NCBI GenBank assembly: GCA_963774265.1
Contig: CAVZDU010000006.1
Span: 64,001-128,000, forward strand
Direction: 5' to 3'
DNA from: an uncultured Chloroflexia bacterium
Lineage (GTDB): Bacteria; Chloroflexota; Anaerolineae; CG2-30-64-16
Length of the DNA: 64,000 nt
Below the pieces are notes generated by a model. That model ran no database searches. It saw only the letters and a list, made by a program, of their open reading frames with translations, and had not been told where the DNA came from. Positions within the stretch are counted from its first letter, which is position 1; each line of letters begins with the position of its first letter. Made by a program: the position numbers and the translations under genes. This document shows, one piece after another, positions 60,591 through 64,000 of the stretch.

Positions 60591-61559
60591 TCAATCGCCC
60601 AGGTTGGGCGGGATCTCGATGAGCAGCGACTTGTCGGGCTCGATCGCGTCGACGCGGCTGTTGTAAGTCTGAAGCAGGTCGCGCAAGCCCGCCAGGCGCT
60701 GGCTGCGATTGAAGCCGCTGAGCTCCTCCAGGTTCTGCGAGATGAAAGCTTCGAGCGACTGCACCGAGATGCGGCCCGGCAGCATCTCGTTCCGTGATCT
60801 GGCGCGCGCCGATCAACAGCCGATCCGGGACCAGCAGCCAGACATCGAAGCCCGCGTTGACATTCGCCCGGCACTTATCGTAGTGCGCCGGCATGGGGGC
60901 CACGGTCACGTGAAACACGGTGGAGCCGAGGGCAAAGTCACCGTGCAGACCGGATTGGGCGTCTGAGGTGCTGTACAGGTCGTTTCGCACCTCCACATCG
61001 GGAAACCGCAGGGCCAGCTTGGCGCCCACCAGGTACTGGCTGACCTGGCCTTCCTTGCCGGCGGCCTTCGCGGCCGCGAGGATGTCATGGACCGTCTGCC
61101 AGGCGGTCTGTTCGGGGAAAAAGTCGAACTTGACGCGCTCCCGGTTGAAGTATTCGCTGACCTTCTTCTCCACGAGCCAGCGCTGCATCTCGATCAGGAT
61201 CGCGTTGCGATCGGATGGGCGGCAGCGCGTCCAGCGCCAACGGCGCCAGCGCGTCGAGCAGCGGACGGATCTGCCCACGTGTGCCCAGGTTCGTGCGGCC
61301 TCACTCTTGAAGAAAAGGGCGCTCTTCTCCAAAGCGTTCGAGGATTTTCGAAGTCCTGGACCGACCAAGGCCAGATAATCTGTGCTCCGCCCTTGGCAGT
61401 ATGCGCATCCAGGTCCAGCGCATAGCTCTTCTGCAGTCGGTCCAGCACGACAAGCGCCCCGGCCAGCGTGGCCCGCGCAGGCAAGCCGTTGTTTTGGCTG
61501 TATGTTGGCAGGGCATCCCACCATCCGAGAAGATTCATCGCTTGCTCGGTTTTTGTCAT
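60591..61559 (-). CDS. DUF4928-like putative restriction endonuclease; frameshifts
   Basis: G.V.QYLVGAKLALRFP; SDAQSG..GDF.LG.TVFHVTVAPM...DKC..N..G..V.LLV; EAFISQNLEELS; YN.RV..IE.DKSL.IE. Start overlaps the methylase stop (ATGA). Confidence 0.75.
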
Positions 61560-62074
61560 AAGCCCTTGGCCCTGCGCGGGGCTCCGGCCAACCTGCTGCC
61601 CGGCCCTCCGGCATGACCTGCAGCGAAGACCGCTGCACTAGCGAGTATATCGCTGCGGCCTGCCACCGTCAAACGGTTTGGCGCCCTCCGGAAACCGCCG
61701 CTGTCCTCGGCTGTCGACGATAGCCTCTCGAATAGAGTGAGTTGAAGTGCGGCTTCGGCATCGTCCGGTTGCGACTCAATCCTCGCCGGTAGGGTGATGG
61801 AGATGGGGTCTTGGCTAAGCAAAGGCGTGAGGAGGTTTCGCTCCAGCCACGCTACAACTGGAACGGCCAAACCATCCCCAAGAAGGTGGTAAGCGTCGCC
61901 GTAATTTTCAGGAAGCTGGTAATCTTCCGGGACGCCCATCAATCGCGCCGCTTCGCGCGTCGAAAGCAGTCGCGAGCGCATCTGGTCACCCTCTACCACG
62001 AAAACGAACTGCTTACTTGATCCACCCGACCCGGTGCGCAGACAGCCACTGATGCCATCGAAGCGAACCTCAGC
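61556..62074 (-). pseudogene. dcm: C-terminal fragment of a C5 DNA cytosine methyltransferase
   Basis: AEVRFDG..GCLRT..GGSSKQ; RLLSTREAARLMG.PE.Y.L (motif IX); YHLLGDGLAVPVV (motif X). Motifs I-VIII are absent. Confidence 0.8.
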
Positions 62075-63047
62075 TATCCTGACGGCCTGCAGCCGGCGAA
62101 TTACGTCACCAAGCCCGCGCTGGAGTTGATTCGGCACGCGCTTGAGCCGGCCAACGCCGACGATGCCGCACTTCCTCATCCTCGACGAGATGAACCTTTC
62201 GCACGTGGAACGCTATTTCGCTGATCTTCTGTCGGCCATTGAGTCCGGCGAGGAAATCCCGCTTTACGAGGGCAGCGAACGAAAGGCCGACGGGAAGGTC
62301 GTACCGCGCAGGCTGCGCCTGCCGGACAATCTCTTCATCATCGGCACGGTCAACGTGGACGAGACGACCTACATGTTCTCCCCAAAGGTGCTCGACCGCG
62401 CCAACGTCATCGAGTTCCGCATGGAGCCGAGCGAGATGGCGGCGTTCCTGCGTCTCCGAAGGCACCCAGGCTGGAGGAGTTGGATGGCAAGGGCGCGGCC
62501 TTCGGCAAGGACTTTGTTGAGGCGGCAGCAGACAAGACGCGCGAGCGTGCCGCATCGGTCAAGGCCGATTACGAGAAGGAAATGCTGCTCTTCTTCAATC
62601 TGCTGCGCGAGCACAACGCGGAGTTCGGCTATCGAACGGGATACGAGGCGGCGCGTTTCGTCCATTTCTACAAGCTGCTCGGCGGCTATCCCGACGACGA
62701 CAGCGGACTGGTTCAACGGCGCGATGGATGCCGTCATCGTGCAGAAGTTCCTGCCCAAGCTGCACGGCTCGCGCTCGAAACTGGAAGGGCTGCTGTGGGC
62801 GTTGGCGTGGGCGTGCGGTGCGGAACGCGATCGACGCGATGGGAAGGACTTCGCAAAGCAGCTCGACGAGGCCGGCAAGGCCGAGGACGAAGGCAGGTAT
62901 GGCCCAGAGGTCGTGTGGAGCGCATTGAAGGCGAAGAATGCCGACGATCCGGCGAAGGCGGCCCGCTATCCGTTGAGCTTCGACAAGGTGATGCGGATGT
63001 GGCGCAAGCTGGTGCGCGACCAGTTCGTGAGTTTCGCTGAGGCGTAA
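62073..63047 (+). pseudogene. C-terminal part of an McrB-like AAA+ NTPase lacking Walker A and the N-terminal domain
   Basis: YPDGL..YVTKPALELIRHA; FLILDEMNLSHVERYFAD.LS..ES; NLFIIGTVNVDETTYMFSPKVLDRANVIEF; FGYR; QKFLPKLHGS; FVSFAEA. Confidence 0.8.
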
Positions 63048-63048
63048 C

Positions 63049-64000
63049 ATGGCGGCGGAGCCGAAGCAGCGCGAGTTGTGGAGTGCAAGACCCCCGAGGG
63101 CCGTGTGCTGGCGCGGTCGAGATTTTCGCTCCCGACGGCAGCGAGGCTCTCCGGGGAAGCGCATCCGCTGGTGCTGCTCGCCCGCAGAGGAAGCGCGACG
63201 CAACGGCGAGGAACGCCTGCAATTGCGGGAGCGGGGCCGCTACGAATACCGCCTGAGACCCGCACCCGGTGTGCCCGATGACCTTCAGCTTCTGCGGCAG
63301 CGCGGCGTGCAGCCCAGCCGGTCGAGTCCGGAAGACGAGGACCGGGGACTGATCGAACCGCAGGACCACTGCGGCTTGCTTCCCGTTGACCGTCATCCGC
63401 CGCGGCGATGCCATGCAGCGCCCGCTGGCGCGGGGCAGCGTGGAGGTGCGCTCGCTCAAGATCGGCTATCGCGAGCACTACCGCGGCATGCTGTCGTATA
63501 TTGCGGAGAAGTGCGCCGGTCTGCTCCTGGACTGCCGCGCACCGACAAGACTGCGCCTCGACACGCTCTGGCAGCAGGACTCGCGCATTCTGGAACAGCA
63601 GCTTGAGTTTCTGCGCTACACGCTCGAGTCGCCGGCTTTCCGCGCTGCCGTGGATGAGGTGCTGCGGAATCCGCATCGCGGCTGGAGGATGAGCGCGAGG
63701 AGCGAGACATCTCCCGCCCGTTCAAGCCCGGCAGGGACTTCGCGCGGCAGATCGCGTGTCGGCACAGCGCCGCGCCGCTGTGCCGAGCAGCATCCGCTGC
63801 ACGCGACGGTTCAATCGCTGCCCGGCACAGGTCTCCGTGCAGGTGCGCACTGACTTCCTCGACACGGCTGAGAACCGATTCGCCAAGATGGTGCTGGTGG
63901 AGTTCCGCGATTTCCTCGCGGACGTAGCCGCGCATCTCGCCCGCAAGGCGAGGAAGGCGATGAGCCGCGAGACGCGAGCGGCTACTGCGCGAGGCGGAGC
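63049..64000 (+). CDS. DUF2357/McrC-like partner nuclease; 3'-partial, frameshifts
   Basis: QLRE.GRYEY; VEVRSLKIGYREHYRGML..IAE.C..LLL; EQQLEFLR; DFLDTAENRF.K. Directly follows the mcrB-like gene. Confidence 0.75.

Noticed and set aside
1-64000. tRNA, rRNA or prophage genes
   Set aside because: None recognised by eye; intergenic gaps are short and no phage hallmark genes are present.

Overview
High-GC bacterial window, probably Chloroflexota (Anaerolineae-like). This is inferred from the recurring C-terminal YLPL(I/V/M)R motif on secreted proteins and from the gene families present; no marker gene is available. Contents in order: (1) the 3' part of a phosphodiesterase/5'-nucleotidase fusion; (2) a ~20.5 kb minus-strand B12-dependent diol/glycerol dehydratase microcompartment (PDU-type) locus, pduU-V-A-B-C-D-E-G-H-K-L-flavoprotein-N-O-P-S-T, followed by glycerol dehydrogenase, a DUF1097-like membrane protein, a PocR-domain histidine kinase with an AraC-type response regulator, and an acetate/propionate kinase, with no pduQ or pduF; (3) a MalT-like LuxR regulator with three small downstream genes and candidate operator boxes; (4) large secreted multidomain proteins, one with FG-GAP repeats plus two long amphipathic beta-hairpins (candidate pore-former) next to a double-vWA protein with a putative Cys-His-Asp protease domain; (5) an intact single-ORF IS66 with TIRs and an 8-bp TSD; (6) housekeeping and accessory genes; (7) the edge of a defence island where a 5'-truncated cytosine methyltransferase directly abuts a 5'-truncated McrB-like NTPase. 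About 20 genes carry small frameshifts, most likely consensus errors of a long-read assembly, so they are treated as intact unless whole segments are missing. All family calls are by motif recognition, with no database search.
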